This document shows, in pieces, positions 9,836 through 20,111 of a stretch of DNA of 64,000 nucleotides. The notes beneath the pieces were generated by a model. That model was not told the DNA's origin. It made no database searches and saw only the letters and a program-made list of their open reading frames with translations. How positions within the stretch are numbered: position 1 is the first letter of the stretch; the number at the start of each line of letters is the position of its first letter. The stretch spans positions 3,866-67,865 of the forward strand of contig NZ_CAUQTU010000010.1 in NCBI RefSeq assembly GCF_963521255.1. Direction: 5' to 3'. The translations under genes and the position numbers were made by a program. Source of the DNA: an uncultured Streptococcus sp. GTDB taxonomy: Bacteria; Bacillota; Bacilli; Lactobacillales; Streptococcaceae.

Positions 9836-10915
9836 TTAGTTTGAGTGTTTAAAAGCTTCCATCATCTCGATAAACTCGTCAAATAGGTAGCTAGCGTCGT
9901 GTGGACCAGGGGCTGCGTCTGGGTGGTATTGGACAGAGAAAGCAGGTTGGTATCTGTGACGCACACCTTCAACTGACTTGTCATTGATTTCTTCGTGGGT
10001 AATAATCAAGTGCTCTGGCAAATCCTCACGGCTAACTGCATAACCGTGGTTTTGGCTGGTGAAATCTACTCGTCCTGTTGCGATTTCACGTACTGCATGG
10101 TTAAAGCCACGGTGACCAAACTTCATCTTGTAAGTCTTTGCCCCGTTTGCCATAGCAAAGAGTTGATGTCCCATACAAATACCAAAAATTGGAATTTTCC
10201 CTTGCACACCACGAATCATATCGAGTGCTTGTGGAACGTCTTCTGGGTTACCTGGACCGTTTGACAACATCACTCCGTCAGGATTGAGATGGAGAATTTC
10301 TTCAGCCGTTGTCGAATACGGAACAACCGTCACGTTACAGTTACGTTTAGAAAGTTCACGTAGGATTGAGTGCTTGAGACCAAAGTCCACTAACACCACG
10401 CTCAAACCAACTCCTGGAGCTGGATAGGATGTTTTAGTAGAAACCTGCTTAATATTGTCTGTCGGCAATACTGTCGCTTGGAGCTGGTCAGTCACATGAT
10501 CCATACTGTCCCCAACATGGGTCAAGGTTGCACGCATAGTACCATGCTTACGGATAATCTTGGTAAGTGCACGCGTATCAATCCCTGAAATACCAGGAAT
10601 TTTCTTGGCTTTCAAAAATTCATCCAAGGTCATTTGGTTGCGCCAATTGCTTGCTCTGCGTGCTTCTTCGAAAACAACAACTCCCTTACAAGTTGGAATA
10701 ATGGATTCGTAATCATCACGGTTAATTCCATAGTTTCCGACCAAAGGATAAGTAAAGGTCAAGATTTGTCCATTATAAGACTGGTCTGTAATGGATTCTT
10801 GGTAACCAGTCATGCCTGTATTAAAGACGATTTCGCCTGTTACATCAATATCTGCTCCGAAGGCCTTGCCTTCAAATACTGTGCCATCTTCTAATACTAG
10901 AAGTCTTTTTGTCAT
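9836..10915 (-). CDS. carA: carbamoyl-phosphate synthase small (glutaminase) subunit
   Basis: 359 aa. Class I glutamine amidotransferase triad region ([11 protein letters not shown]). Confidence 0.95.
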   Translation of the reverse strand: MTKRLLVLEDGTVFEGKAFGADIDVTGEIVFNTGMTGYQESITDQSYNGQILTFTYPLVGNYGINRDDYESIIPTCKGVVVFEEARRASNWRNQMTLDEFLKAKKIPGISGIDTRALTKIIRKHGTMRATLTHVGDSMDHVTDQLQATVLPTDNIKQVSTKTSYPAPGVGLSVVLVDFGLKHSILRELSKRNCNVTVVPYSTTAEEILHLNPDGVMLSNGPGNPEDVPQALDMIRGVQGKIPIFGICMGHQLFAMANGAKTYKMKFGHRGFNHAVREIATGRVDFTSQNHGYAVSREDLPEHLIITHEEINDKSVEGVRHRYQPAFSVQYHPDAAPGPHDASYLFDEFIEMMEAFKHSN

Positions 10916-10964
10916 ATTTTCACCTCTCGTGGACGCTCACTGGCGTCTTTTAACGTCTTGTGTT

Positions 10965-11888
10965 TTAGTTGGCGTTTCTACTCGCCAATACGGATTCTAA
11001 GATTGCCATTCGAACAAAGACACCATTGGTCATTTGTTGGACAATCCGTGATTTTGGTGCTTCAACCAAGTGATCTGCGATTTCTACATCACGATTGACT
11101 GGAGCTGGGTGCATAAGGATTGCTGTTTCTTTCAAACGGTCATAACGTTCTTGAGTCAGGCCATGTTGGGCATGGTAGTCTTCTTTTGAAAACACTGCAC
11201 CACTATCATGGCGTTCATGTTGCACACGGAGAAACATCATGATATCCACCTGATCAATGATTTCATCAATGGTTACAAACTGTCCATAGTCTGCAAACTC
11301 TTGACTTCTCCATTCCTCAGGTCCAGCAAAGTAAAGTTCAGCTCCCAAGCGTTTCAAAATCTGCATATTAGATTTGGCAACGCGTGAGTGGTCCAAGTCA
11401 CCTGCAATAGCAACCTTGAGTCCCTCAAAGTGACCAAATTCCTCATAAATGGTCATCAAATCCAGCAAGCTCTGGCTAGGGTGTTGTCCCGAACCATCTC
11501 CACCATTGATGATGGAAGTCGTAATCGTCGGACTAGCAATCAGCTCTCTGTAGTAGTCGACCTCTGGGTGACGAATCACACAGACATCTACTCCTAAGGC
11601 AGACAGAGTCAGGATAGTATCATAAAGTGTCTCACCCTTATTGACCGAACTAGTCTTCACATCAAAGTCAAGTCGTTCCAGCCCCAGTTTAATCTCTGCT
11701 ACTTCAAAGGACTTATGCGTCCGTGTAGAATCCTCAAAGAAAAGATTGGAAACAATCGGGTGGTTTTCATAAGGAAGCTGAGCTCCGTTTTTAAACTCAA
11801 TTCCTCGCTTGATCAATTTCATCACTTGATCGACAGTGAGGTCTTCCATGGACACCACATGGTTCAATGCTTGTTGATTTTCTGACAT
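10965..11888 (-). CDS. pyrB: aspartate carbamoyltransferase catalytic subunit
   Basis: 307 aa. STRTHKSFE carbamoyl-phosphate motif and HPSQ. Confidence 0.95.
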   Translation of the reverse strand: MSENQQALNHVVSMEDLTVDQVMKLIKRGIEFKNGAQLPYENHPIVSNLFFEDSTRTHKSFEVAEIKLGLERLDFDVKTSSVNKGETLYDTILTLSALGVDVCVIRHPEVDYYRELIASPTITTSIINGGDGSGQHPSQSLLDLMTIYEEFGHFEGLKVAIAGDLDHSRVAKSNMQILKRLGAELYFAGPEEWRSQEFADYGQFVTIDEIIDQVDIMMFLRVQHERHDSGAVFSKEDYHAQHGLTQERYDRLKETAILMHPAPVNRDVEIADHLVEAPKSRIVQQMTNGVFVRMAILESVLASRNAN

Positions 11889-11906
11889 GGCTACTCCTTT
11901 AGCTTT

Positions 11907-12570
<664 letters not shown>

Positions 12571-12586
12571 TATTTAGTTATCAAAT

Positions 12587-12615
12587 ACTATAGCACAAAA
12601 CAGACCTAAAATCAA
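12587..12615 (-). promoter_or_regulatory. pyrR operon promoter
   Basis: Minus strand reads TTGATT, 17 nt, TATAGT, with a TG at -15/-14 (gTGcTATAGT). Confidence 0.55.
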
Positions 12616-12638
12616 GCAAAAACTTTTGAGCTCCCATC

Positions 12639-13268
12639 TTATAAATTGCTAAAATCATATAACTGTGGGTACTGGTCACACTCTGGATTTTTAGGATGAC
12701 AAATGGCTCTTCCAAAATAAATCATAGCCTGATGGGCTGCTAACCACTGCTCCGGCGGCAAGATATCCATGACCCGCTTTTCCACCTCAAGTGGTGTTGC
12801 TGATTTTTTGACGATATCATGGTGTTTGCAAATACGCTCCACATGAGTGTCTACTGCAAAGGCTGGAATTCCAAAGCCCACACTCATGACAACATTGGCA
12901 GTCTTGCGACCAACACCTGCTAAACTCTCCAATTCCTCACGTGTTTGAGGAACTTGACCATCAAAATCGTCTAGTAACTGCTGGGCACATTTTTTTAGGA
13001 ATTTAGCCTTATTCCGATACAGTCCTAGACGAGAAATGTGTGAAGCAATCTCACCCTCTGTCGCAACAGACATGGCTTGTGGCGTTGGAAAGGCAGCAAA
13101 GAGACCTGGTGTGGCCTTATTTACCGCTGCATCCGTTGTCTGAGCTGACAACATGACCGCAACCAAAAGTTCAAAATGATTGGTAAAATCAAGACTGGGC
13201 TTGGCATCTGGAAAAAGAGCAATGATTTCTTCTAGCACCTTTCGTGCTCGTTTTTTTGACAAGACCAT
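12639..13268 (-). CDS. nth: endonuclease III
   Basis: 209 aa. HhH-GPD motif LESLAGVGRKTANVV...D. Confidence 0.9.
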   Translation of the reverse strand: MVLSKKRARKVLEEIIALFPDAKPSLDFTNHFELLVAVMLSAQTTDAAVNKATPGLFAAFPTPQAMSVATEGEIASHISRLGLYRNKAKFLKKCAQQLLDDFDGQVPQTREELESLAGVGRKTANVVMSVGFGIPAFAVDTHVERICKHHDIVKKSATPLEVEKRVMDILPPEQWLAAHQAMIYFGRAICHPKNPECDQYPQLYDFSNL

Positions 13269-13810
13269 TATTCGTCTCCATCAAATAGTCCTTGTAGGCC
13301 AGCAAAAGGACTGTTTTCTTCTTTCTTAACTGCCTGTTGGGCTTGGTATTCTTCCTCTGTCATGATTTGCCAGTCATTTCCTGACACAAAACCTTGACCA
13401 GCTTCTTCTTCAGCCGTCAAGACCTTGATAGGAATGTTCAGTAGGATATTGTCTGACACGCTCTCAGCAAGGTCTAGTTCTCCATTTTCGATAGGCAAGA
13501 CCAAATCATCATCTAAAACTTCCTGATCTAGCTGGTTGGTTGCGCCTTCCATGAAAACTTCTGTGACTGGATAAGATTCAGCCAACTCAACTGGCTCCAT
13601 ACTGCGACTTGAAGCAAGAACAATGGTATAAGATAGTTGATAATCTAAGAAATACATACGGTCTTCGTATTGGACTTTCCCAACCGCAAGGATATCTTTT
13701 ACATCTAAAATTTCTTGATTACGTGCACGCAGGTCTGCGGCTAGGTCTAATGTTTGTTCAAAATGCAATCCTTCAGACTGCTTACGAATTTCTTGAATAT
13801 TTAATTTCAT
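13268..13810 (-). CDS. YceD/DUF177 family protein
   Basis: 180 aa acidic protein with the general DUF177 layout. Its stop overlaps the nth start. Confidence 0.7.
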   Translation of the reverse strand: MKLNIQEIRKQSEGLHFEQTLDLAADLRARNQEILDVKDILAVGKVQYEDRMYFLDYQLSYTIVLASSRSMEPVELAESYPVTEVFMEGATNQLDQEVLDDDLVLPIENGELDLAESVSDNILLNIPIKVLTAEEEAGQGFVSGNDWQIMTEEEYQAQQAVKKEENSPFAGLQGLFDGDE

Positions 13811-14043
13811 ACTTCCTCCATAAAGATCTACTCTCTTGATTATACCATGAAAAGCCTACAAATCAGCCCACCAAACTTTATAATTAAAATTCGGTTTTTG
13901 ACATATTTACTATGATATATTTTTTAGTGATATACTATAGGCAAGAATACATGATATAAAGGAGGATACCCCTAGGGAAAACAAAGAACTCATTACTAAT
14001 GCTTACCACTCGGATTTTAGAACTTGGATTTTCCAGTTTTCTG

Positions 14044-14072
14044 TTGACAAAATATCCTGAAAGGTATAGGAT
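14044..14072 (+). promoter_or_regulatory. candidate promoter of the ABC-F leader transcript
   Basis: TTGACA (14044-14049) followed at 15-17 nt by TATAGG/TAGGAT. It is the only plus-strand -35 consensus upstream of the leader. Confidence 0.35.
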
Positions 14073-14103
14073 AAAGGTACTAATACTCGGAGGTAAGGGA
14101 GAC

Positions 14104-14115
14104 ATGAACAACTAA
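14104..14115 (+). other. 3-codon mini-ORF (MNN*) behind a strong Shine-Dalgarno
   Basis: GGAGGTAAGGGAGAC-ATG AAC AAC TAA. Located inside the leader of the ABC-F gene, and function is unproven. Confidence 0.3.
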
Positions 14116-14203
14116 GTCTATCAAATAAAGAACCTTTATTTAGTAGATCTTGTTTTTGTCTCTTTTTGTGTGCTCTTTTTATACTAGATTTTCTAGTATC
14201 TTG

Positions 14204-14292
14204 TCCTCATTGAAAATCAAAAAACTAGAAAGCTATGCTCCTCTTGGGTTGGGCAGCTCCAAGCTAGTTTGACGAGCTTTTCAACGAGGATA
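14204..14292. repeat. divergent BOX-like (A-C type) element
   Basis: Terminal inverted repeats tcctcattgaaaatcaaaaa ... agcttttcaacgagga resemble the boxC/boxA ends. The interior reads ctagaaagctatgc...ccaagctag. Confidence 0.5.
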
Positions 14293-14319
14293 ATAGAGTT
14301 TTTTTGACATTGACTTTAG

Positions 14320-14346
14320 GCTCTACTAGGTAAAGTAGAGCTTTTT
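14320..14346 (+). terminator. intrinsic terminator/attenuator immediately upstream of the ABC-F gene
   Basis: GCTCTACT-aggtaa-AGTAGAGC followed by TTTTT. No plus-strand gene lies upstream that it could terminate. Confidence 0.6.
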
Positions 14347-14382
14347 GTTATGCACTATCGACATTCTAGAAAGGGCAATCAT

Positions 14383-15909
14383 ATGATAAACATCAATCAT
14401 CTAACCATCACACAAAACAAAGATTTACGAGAACTTGTCTCTGACTTAAACATGACCATCCAAGACGGGGAAAAGGTAGCTATTATTGGAGAAGAAGGAA
14501 ATGGCAAATCAACCTTACTTAAAATTTTAATGGGGGAAGCTTTGTCTGATTTCACTATCAAGGGAGACATCCAGTCTGACTATCAGTCACTGGCCTACAT
14601 TCCTCAAAAACTCCCCGAGGACCTGAAAAAGAAAACTCTACATGACTACTTCTTTTTGGATTCTGCTGATTTAGAGTACAGTATTCTTTATCGTTTGGCG
14701 GAGGAGTTGCATTTTGATAGTGATCGTTTCGCTAGCGATCAAGAGATTGGGAGCCTTTCGGGCGGCGAATCTTTGAAAATTCAGCTCATCCATGAATTAG
14801 CTAAACCCTTTGAAATTCTATTTTTAGATGAACCTTCAAATGACCTAGACTTTGAGACGGTTGATTGGCTAAAAGGTCAGATTCAAAAGATTAGGCAAAC
14901 TGTTATTTTCATTTCTCATGATGAAGACTTCCTTTCTCAAACGGCAGATACTATCGTCCACTTACGACTGGTCAAGCATCGGAAAGAAGCGGAAACACTA
15001 GTAGAGCATTTGGACTATGATCGCTACAGCGAGCAGAGAAAGGCTAATTTTGCCAGACAAAGCCAACAAGCTGCTAACGACCAGAGAGCCTATGACAAAA
15101 CTATGGAAAAACATCGGCGAGTCAAGCAAAATGTAGAAAATGCACTTCGAGCTACCAAAGACAGTACTGCCGGTCGCCTATTGGCTAAAAAGATGAAAAC
15201 TGTCCTCTCACAAGAAAAACGCTACGAAAGGGCAGCTAAGTCCATGACCCAAAAACCACTTGAAGAGGAAGAAATCAGACTTTTCTTCTCAGACATCCAA
15301 CCATTACCGGCATCTAAAGTCTTAATCCAACTGGAAAAAGAAAATTTGTCCATTGGCGAGCGAATTTTGGTGCAAGAACTACAACTAACTGTCCGTGGAC
15401 AAGAAAGAATCGGTATCATCGGCCCAAATGGTATGGGGAAATCAACTCTGTTAGCCAAGTTACAGCAACTATTAAGTACCAAAAGAGAGATTGCTCTTGG
15501 TTTTATGCCACAAGATTACCACAAAAAACTACAATTGGATTTATCACCACTAGCCTATCTCCGCAAAACTGGAGAAAAAGAGGAACTTCAGAAAATCCAA
15601 TCTCATCTAGCTAGTCTCAATTTCAGTTATCCGGAAATGCAGCATCAAATTTGCTCCTTATCTGGCGGGCAACAGGGTAAACTCCTGCTTTTGGATTTAG
15701 TCTTGCGCAAACCAAACTTTCTCCTACTGGATGAACCTACACGAAACTTTTCTCCAACTTCTCAACCCCAAATCAGAAAACTCTTTGCAACCTATCCAGG
15801 CGGAATCATCACTGTTTCGCATGACCGTCGTTTCTTAAAAGAGGTCTGTTCAATCATCTATCGCTTAACAGAACACGATTTGGAGGTAGTTAATTTAGAA
15901 GATTTATAA
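14383..15909 (+). CDS. ABC-F family ATPase (two NBDs, long interdomain linker, no TM domain)
   Basis: Walker A motifs GEEGNGKST and GPNGMGKST; signatures LSGGE and LSGGQ. The basic linker is about 80 aa (RKANFARQSQQAANDQRAYDKTMEKHRRVKQ...). Start moved to ATG 14383 (MININHL); the ORF track starts at 14350. Confidence 0.85.
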   Translation: MININHLTITQNKDLRELVSDLNMTIQDGEKVAIIGEEGNGKSTLLKILMGEALSDFTIKGDIQSDYQSLAYIPQKLPEDLKKKTLHDYFFLDSADLEYSILYRLAEELHFDSDRFASDQEIGSLSGGESLKIQLIHELAKPFEILFLDEPSNDLDFETVDWLKGQIQKIRQTVIFISHDEDFLSQTADTIVHLRLVKHRKEAETLVEHLDYDRYSEQRKANFARQSQQAANDQRAYDKTMEKHRRVKQNVENALRATKDSTAGRLLAKKMKTVLSQEKRYERAAKSMTQKPLEEEEIRLFFSDIQPLPASKVLIQLEKENLSIGERILVQELQLTVRGQERIGIIGPNGMGKSTLLAKLQQLLSTKREIALGFMPQDYHKKLQLDLSPLAYLRKTGEKEELQKIQSHLASLNFSYPEMQHQICSLSGGQQGKLLLLDLVLRKPNFLLLDEPTRNFSPTSQPQIRKLFATYPGGIITVSHDRRFLKEVCSIIYRLTEHDLEVVNLEDL

Positions 15910-16060
15910 ATTTGCAACATAGCAGATAGGTGGGACAAAAACACAATTTTAGGAGAAAAAGAAGTAAATCTTCCCACAATAAAACGCATACTATCAAGTT
16001 TTTTGCACACCTGATATTATGCGTTTGTCAGATTTTAAAGGCTTTTTCTCAGCCTTCATT

Positions 16061-16969
16061 TTACATATGTTTTAAACGTTCAATCCGTTCTGAGATAGGT
16101 GGGTGGGTGTAAAAGAGTTTTTGGAACCCTCCCCCTTTCTTGGGATCATTTATATAAAGTGCACTACTAGCATCATCTACAGGACGACTCATCGGTTTAC
16201 TATTATCCAACTTATGGAGAGCAGTAATCATCCCTTGAGGATTGCGCGTCAACTCAACACTGGAAGCATCAGCTAGGAATTCCCTCTGACGAGAAATAGC
16301 TAGTTGTACCAAGGTTGCAGCGAGAGGTGCCAGCACAATAGCTAGTAGGGAAACCACTAGCATAATGATCTCTAAGCCATTTCCATCTCGGTCATCGTCA
16401 CTTCGTCTGCGACCTGCGCCACCCCACCACATCATACGACCTGTCATGCTAGAAAGCATGGTGATAGCACTAGCAAGGGCGACAGCAATAGTCGAAATAC
16501 GGATATCGTAATTACGAATATGACTGACTTCATGTCCCATAACAGCTTCTAGTTCTTCACGATTCATGATAGCTAGGAGACCTGACGTCACAGCAACCGC
16601 CGCATTTTGAGGGTTAGAACCTGTCGCAAAGGCATTTAAGGCTGGATCATCAATGATGAAAACACGGGGCATAGGAATCTGAGCAACCATAGCCATATCT
16701 TCCACTACATGGTAGAGGTCTGGTGCCGTTTGTTCATCCACCTCACGCGCTCCATTCATTGACATGACAATCTCTGTCGATTGAAAAATCATGGACAAAG
16801 CGTAGATAAAGCCGATAATCAGTGCGATAACCAAACCACCAAGTCCAGACTGCATAAAGAGGTAACCAACCGCATAGCCAACAAGAGCTAAGAGTAGGAA
16901 AAATACCAGCAATAAAATCCAGGTTTTTCGTTTATTGCTTGCAATTTGATCAAACAACATCTTAGTCAC
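16061..16969 (-). CDS. htpX: membrane zinc metalloprotease HtpX
   Basis: 302 aa. [10 protein letters not shown] (HExxH) motif and TM helices. Confidence 0.9.
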   Translation of the reverse strand: MTKMLFDQIASNKRKTWILLLVFFLLLALVGYAVGYLFMQSGLGGLVIALIIGFIYALSMIFQSTEIVMSMNGAREVDEQTAPDLYHVVEDMAMVAQIPMPRVFIIDDPALNAFATGSNPQNAAVAVTSGLLAIMNREELEAVMGHEVSHIRNYDIRISTIAVALASAITMLSSMTGRMMWWGGAGRRRSDDDRDGNGLEIIMLVVSLLAIVLAPLAATLVQLAISRQREFLADASSVELTRNPQGMITALHKLDNSKPMSRPVDDASSALYINDPKKGGGFQKLFYTHPPISERIERLKHM

Positions 16970-17522
16970 CTAAACCGCTAAAATCAACTTTAGGTACTAC
17001 CTTTTCCTCTTCTGGAGTTTGAAGGAAATCTGCTGCTTTAAATCCAAACATTCCAGCGATAATATTGCTTGGGAAAGTTTCTAATTTTACATTGTAGTTG
17101 CTGACAACACTGTTGTAGAGTTGACGGGAGTAAGAAATTTTATTTTCTGTGTTTGTCAACTCCTCTTGCAATTTAACAAAGTTGGCACTGGCTTTCAAAT
17201 CTGGATAGCTTTCTGCAACTGCAAAAATACCTGAAATCTGACGAGTAAGGGCATCACTAGCTTTCATAGCTTCTGCTGGTGAAGTCGCTGCTGCCACTTG
17301 GTTACGTAGTTCTGCCACCTTTTCAAGGGTAGAACCTTCATATTTGGCATAACCTTTTACAGTCTCAATCAAGTTTGGCAAGAGATCATTTCGACGTTTC
17401 AACTGAACATCAATCTGACTCCAAGCCTCCTTTGTTTGCATACGATTCTTAACCAAACCGTTATAGCTAACAATCACAAAAATAACAACAAGAGCGATAA
17501 CTCCAAGAATAATCCAAGTCAT
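16962..17522 (-). CDS. lemA: LemA family protein
   Basis: 186 aa. N-terminal TM helix plus a LemA-like helical domain. Overlaps the htpX start. Confidence 0.85.
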   Translation of the reverse strand: MTWIILGVIALVVIFVIVSYNGLVKNRMQTKEAWSQIDVQLKRRNDLLPNLIETVKGYAKYEGSTLEKVAELRNQVAAATSPAEAMKASDALTRQISGIFAVAESYPDLKASANFVKLQEELTNTENKISYSRQLYNSVVSNYNVKLETFPSNIIAGMFGFKAADFLQTPEEEKVVPKVDFSGLGD

Positions 17523-17615
17523 TATATAAGTCCTTTCTACTTTTAGATTAGTACCAGTATATCAAATTTTTAATGATTGTGGTAAAATAAGATGATACTA
17601 AAGAAGGAAATAACT

Positions 17616-18329
17616 ATGAAACCAGAAACATTTTACAACTTGCTTGCCGAGCAAAGTCTTCCACTTTCGGACCAGCAAAAAAAACAATTTGAACGCTATT
17701 TTGAGCTCTTGGTCGAGTGGAATGAAAAGATTAATTTAACAGCCATTACAGACAAGGAAGAAGTTTATCTCAAACATTTTTACGATTCGATTGCACCTAT
17801 TCTTCAAGGTTTGATTCCCAATGAAACTATCAAATTGCTTGATATTGGAGCTGGGGCAGGATTTCCTAGTCTACCAATGAAAATTCTCTATCCTCAGTTA
17901 GATGTGACCATCATTGATTCACTCAATAAGCGCATCAACTTCCTCCAACTTTTGGCTCAAGAACTGGATTTGGACGGTGTTCATTTCTACCATGGACGTG
18001 CCGAAGATTTTGCCCAAGACAAGAACTTCCGTGCTCAATATGATTTTGTAACAGCTCGTGCGGTTGCCCGCATGCAGGTCTTGTCTGAATTGACTATTCC
18101 CTACCTTAAAGTTGGCGGAAAACTATTGGCACTCAAGGCTAGCAATGCGCCTGAGGAATTATTAGAAGCTAAGAATGCCCTCAACCTCCTCTTCAGTAAA
18201 GTCGAAGACAATCTCAACTACGCCCTACCAAATGGAGATCCGCGTTATATCACAGTGGTGGAAAAGAAAAAAGAAACACCAAATAAATATCCACGTAAGG
18301 CTGGCATGCCCAACAAACGTCCGCTTTAA
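17616..18329 (+). CDS. rsmG: 16S rRNA (guanine527-N7)-methyltransferase
   Basis: GidB-like SAM motif [14 protein letters not shown]. Start moved to ATG 17616 (MKPETFY). Confidence 0.9.
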   Translation: MKPETFYNLLAEQSLPLSDQQKKQFERYFELLVEWNEKINLTAITDKEEVYLKHFYDSIAPILQGLIPNETIKLLDIGAGAGFPSLPMKILYPQLDVTIIDSLNKRINFLQLLAQELDLDGVHFYHGRAEDFAQDKNFRAQYDFVTARAVARMQVLSELTIPYLKVGGKLLALKASNAPEELLEAKNALNLLFSKVEDNLNYALPNGDPRYITVVEKKKETPNKYPRKAGMPNKRPL

Positions 18330-18396
18330 ATTTTTTAGTAAAAAATATTTACAAAGTAAACCTCGCTCTCTTATTTTCGGGCTCGGGAAAAAATGA

Positions 18397-18425
18397 TTTA
18401 CAAAATCATTTTTTTCTGCTATACT
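18397..18425 (+). promoter_or_regulatory. pyrP promoter
   Basis: TTTACA, 17 nt, TATACT, with TG at -15/-14 (cTGcTATACT). Confidence 0.55.
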
Positions 18426-18437
18426 ATCCTAAGCAAA

Positions 18438-18466
18438 GGTTTTTAATGTCATCCCGTGAGGTGACG
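18438..18466 (+). promoter_or_regulatory. PyrR binding loop in the pyrP leader
   Basis: GGUUUUUAAUGUCAUCCCGUGAGGUGACG parallels the pyrR-leader box (UUUAA..GUC..CCCGUGAGG). I could not define the downstream terminator confidently. Confidence 0.6.
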
Positions 18467-18581
18467 AAGACACAGAAATACTTGAAACTCTTTAAAGTCT
18501 AGATTTTAGAGAAGTCTTACTCTGAGGGCCTATTGCTGTAAAATAATGGGCTCTTTTTTGATGCCCAAAAGTGAGGTTTAT

Positions 18582-19865
18582 ATGAAACAAGAATCAACTG
18601 TTGATTTGTTACTAGACGTTGACCAACGTCCTTCGGCTGGAAAAGGAATTCTCCTTAGTTTCCAACACGTTTTCGCCATGTTTGGTGCGACCATCTTGGT
18701 ACCCTTGATTTTGGGAATGCCTGTATCTGTTGCCCTTTTTGCTTCAGGTGTTGGAACACTCATCTACATGATCGCAACTGGTTTTAGAGTTCCAGTTTAT
18801 CTAGGATCATCATTCGCCTTTATCACAGCTATGTCCCTAGCTATGAAGGAACTAGGAGGGGATGTATCAGCTGCCCAAACAGGGGTTATCCTTACAGGTT
18901 TTATCTATGTGCTTGTCGCTGCTGGTGTTCGTTTTGCGGGTACAAAATGGATTGATAAACTCTTGCCACCAATCATCATCGGACCTATGATCATCGTTAT
19001 CGGTCTTGGACTTGCAGGTTCAGCTGTTACAAACGCTGGTCTTGTAGCGGATGGAAATTGGAAAAATGCACTTGTAGCAGTTGTTACTTTCTTGATTGCT
19101 GCCTTTATCAATACAAAAGGAAAAGGCTTCCTACGAATCATTCCATTCCTCTTTGCCATTATCGGTGGTTACCTCTTCGCACTAACCCTTGGCTTGGTTG
19201 ACTTTACACCAGTTCTTAAAGCCAACTGGTTTGAAATTCCTGGTTTCTACTTGCCATTTAGTACAGGTGGTGCCTTTGAAGAGTACAATCTTTACTTCGG
19301 TCCAGAAACTATCGCTATCTTGCCAATCGCTATCGTAACAATTTCTGAACATATCGGAGACCATACTGTTTTGGGTCAAATCTGTGGTCGTCAATTCTTG
19401 AAAGAACCAGGTCTTCACCGTACTCTTCTTGGTGACGGTATCGCAACTTCTGTTTCTGCCTTCCTTGGTGGACCAGCCAATACAACTTACGGAGAAAATA
19501 CAGGGGTTATCGGTATGACTCGTATTGCTTCTGTCTCAGTTATCCGTAACGCTGCCTTCATCGCGATTGCCCTTAGTTTCCTTGGTAAATTTACTGCCTT
19601 GATTTCAACCATTCCAAATGCTGTACTTGGTGGTATGTCAATCCTTCTCTATGGGGTTATCGCCAGCAACGGTTTGAAAGTCTTGATCAAAGAACGTGTT
19701 GATTTTGGTCAAATGCGTAACCTAATCATCGCAAGTGCTATGTTGGTCCTTGGACTTGGAGGAGCTATCCTTAAACTTGGTCCAGTTACACTTTCAGGTA
19801 CTGCCCTATCAGCCATGACAGGAATCATCTTGAACTTGATCTTGCCATACGAAAATAAAGACTAA
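18582..19865 (+). CDS. pyrP: uracil permease (NCS2 family)
   Basis: About 12 TM helices and a UraA-like sequence. Start moved to ATG 18582 (MKQESTVD) behind GTGAGG. Confidence 0.85.
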   Translation: MKQESTVDLLLDVDQRPSAGKGILLSFQHVFAMFGATILVPLILGMPVSVALFASGVGTLIYMIATGFRVPVYLGSSFAFITAMSLAMKELGGDVSAAQTGVILTGFIYVLVAAGVRFAGTKWIDKLLPPIIIGPMIIVIGLGLAGSAVTNAGLVADGNWKNALVAVVTFLIAAFINTKGKGFLRIIPFLFAIIGGYLFALTLGLVDFTPVLKANWFEIPGFYLPFSTGGAFEEYNLYFGPETIAILPIAIVTISEHIGDHTVLGQICGRQFLKEPGLHRTLLGDGIATSVSAFLGGPANTTYGENTGVIGMTRIASVSVIRNAAFIAIALSFLGKFTALISTIPNAVLGGMSILLYGVIASNGLKVLIKERVDFGQMRNLIIASAMLVLGLGGAILKLGPVTLSGTALSAMTGIILNLILPYENKD

Positions 19866-20016
19866 TACTCTTCGAAAATCTCTTCAAACCACGTCAACGT
19901 CGCCTTGCTGTAGATATGGTTACTGACTTCGTCAGTTCTATCCACAACCTCAAAACAGTGTTTTGAGCAACCTGCGGCTAGTTTCCTAGTTTGTTCTTTG
20001 ATTTTTATTGAGTATA
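19865..20016 (+). repeat. BOX element (boxA-boxB-boxC)
   Basis: atactcttcgaaaatctcttcaaaccacgtca...ctgacttcgtcagt...cctgcggctagtttcctagtttg...tttttattgagtata. It starts on the last base of the pyrP stop codon. Confidence 0.9.
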
Positions 20017-20032
20017 AGAGTCTAAATACATC

Positions 20033-20072
20033 AAAAACGAGCATTTCCAACTACGGAAGTGCTCGTTTTTCT
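20033..20072. terminator. bidirectional intrinsic terminator between pyrP and ffh
   Basis: aaaaACGAGCA-tttccaactacggaag-TGCTCGTtttt, with A-run and T-run on the two sides. Confidence 0.7.
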
Positions 20073-20111
20073 TCTTTCCAAAAAAGGAAAGCCCTGCAGC
20101 CTTCCCTTGTC

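Noticed and set aside
13999-14115. A 38-aa ORF (MLTTRILELGFSSFLLTKYPERYRIKVLILGGKGDMNN*) in the ABC-F leader, in frame with the MNN mini-ORF
   Set aside because: There is no Shine-Dalgarno near its ATG (the AAAGGAGG at 13958-13965 is 33 nt away). The candidate promoter at 14044 lies inside it. It is kept only as a remote possibility.
15930-16112. A 60-aa plus-strand ORF after the ABC-F gene
   Set aside because: It overlaps the htpX 3' end in antisense, is basic and low-complexity, and has no Shine-Dalgarno.
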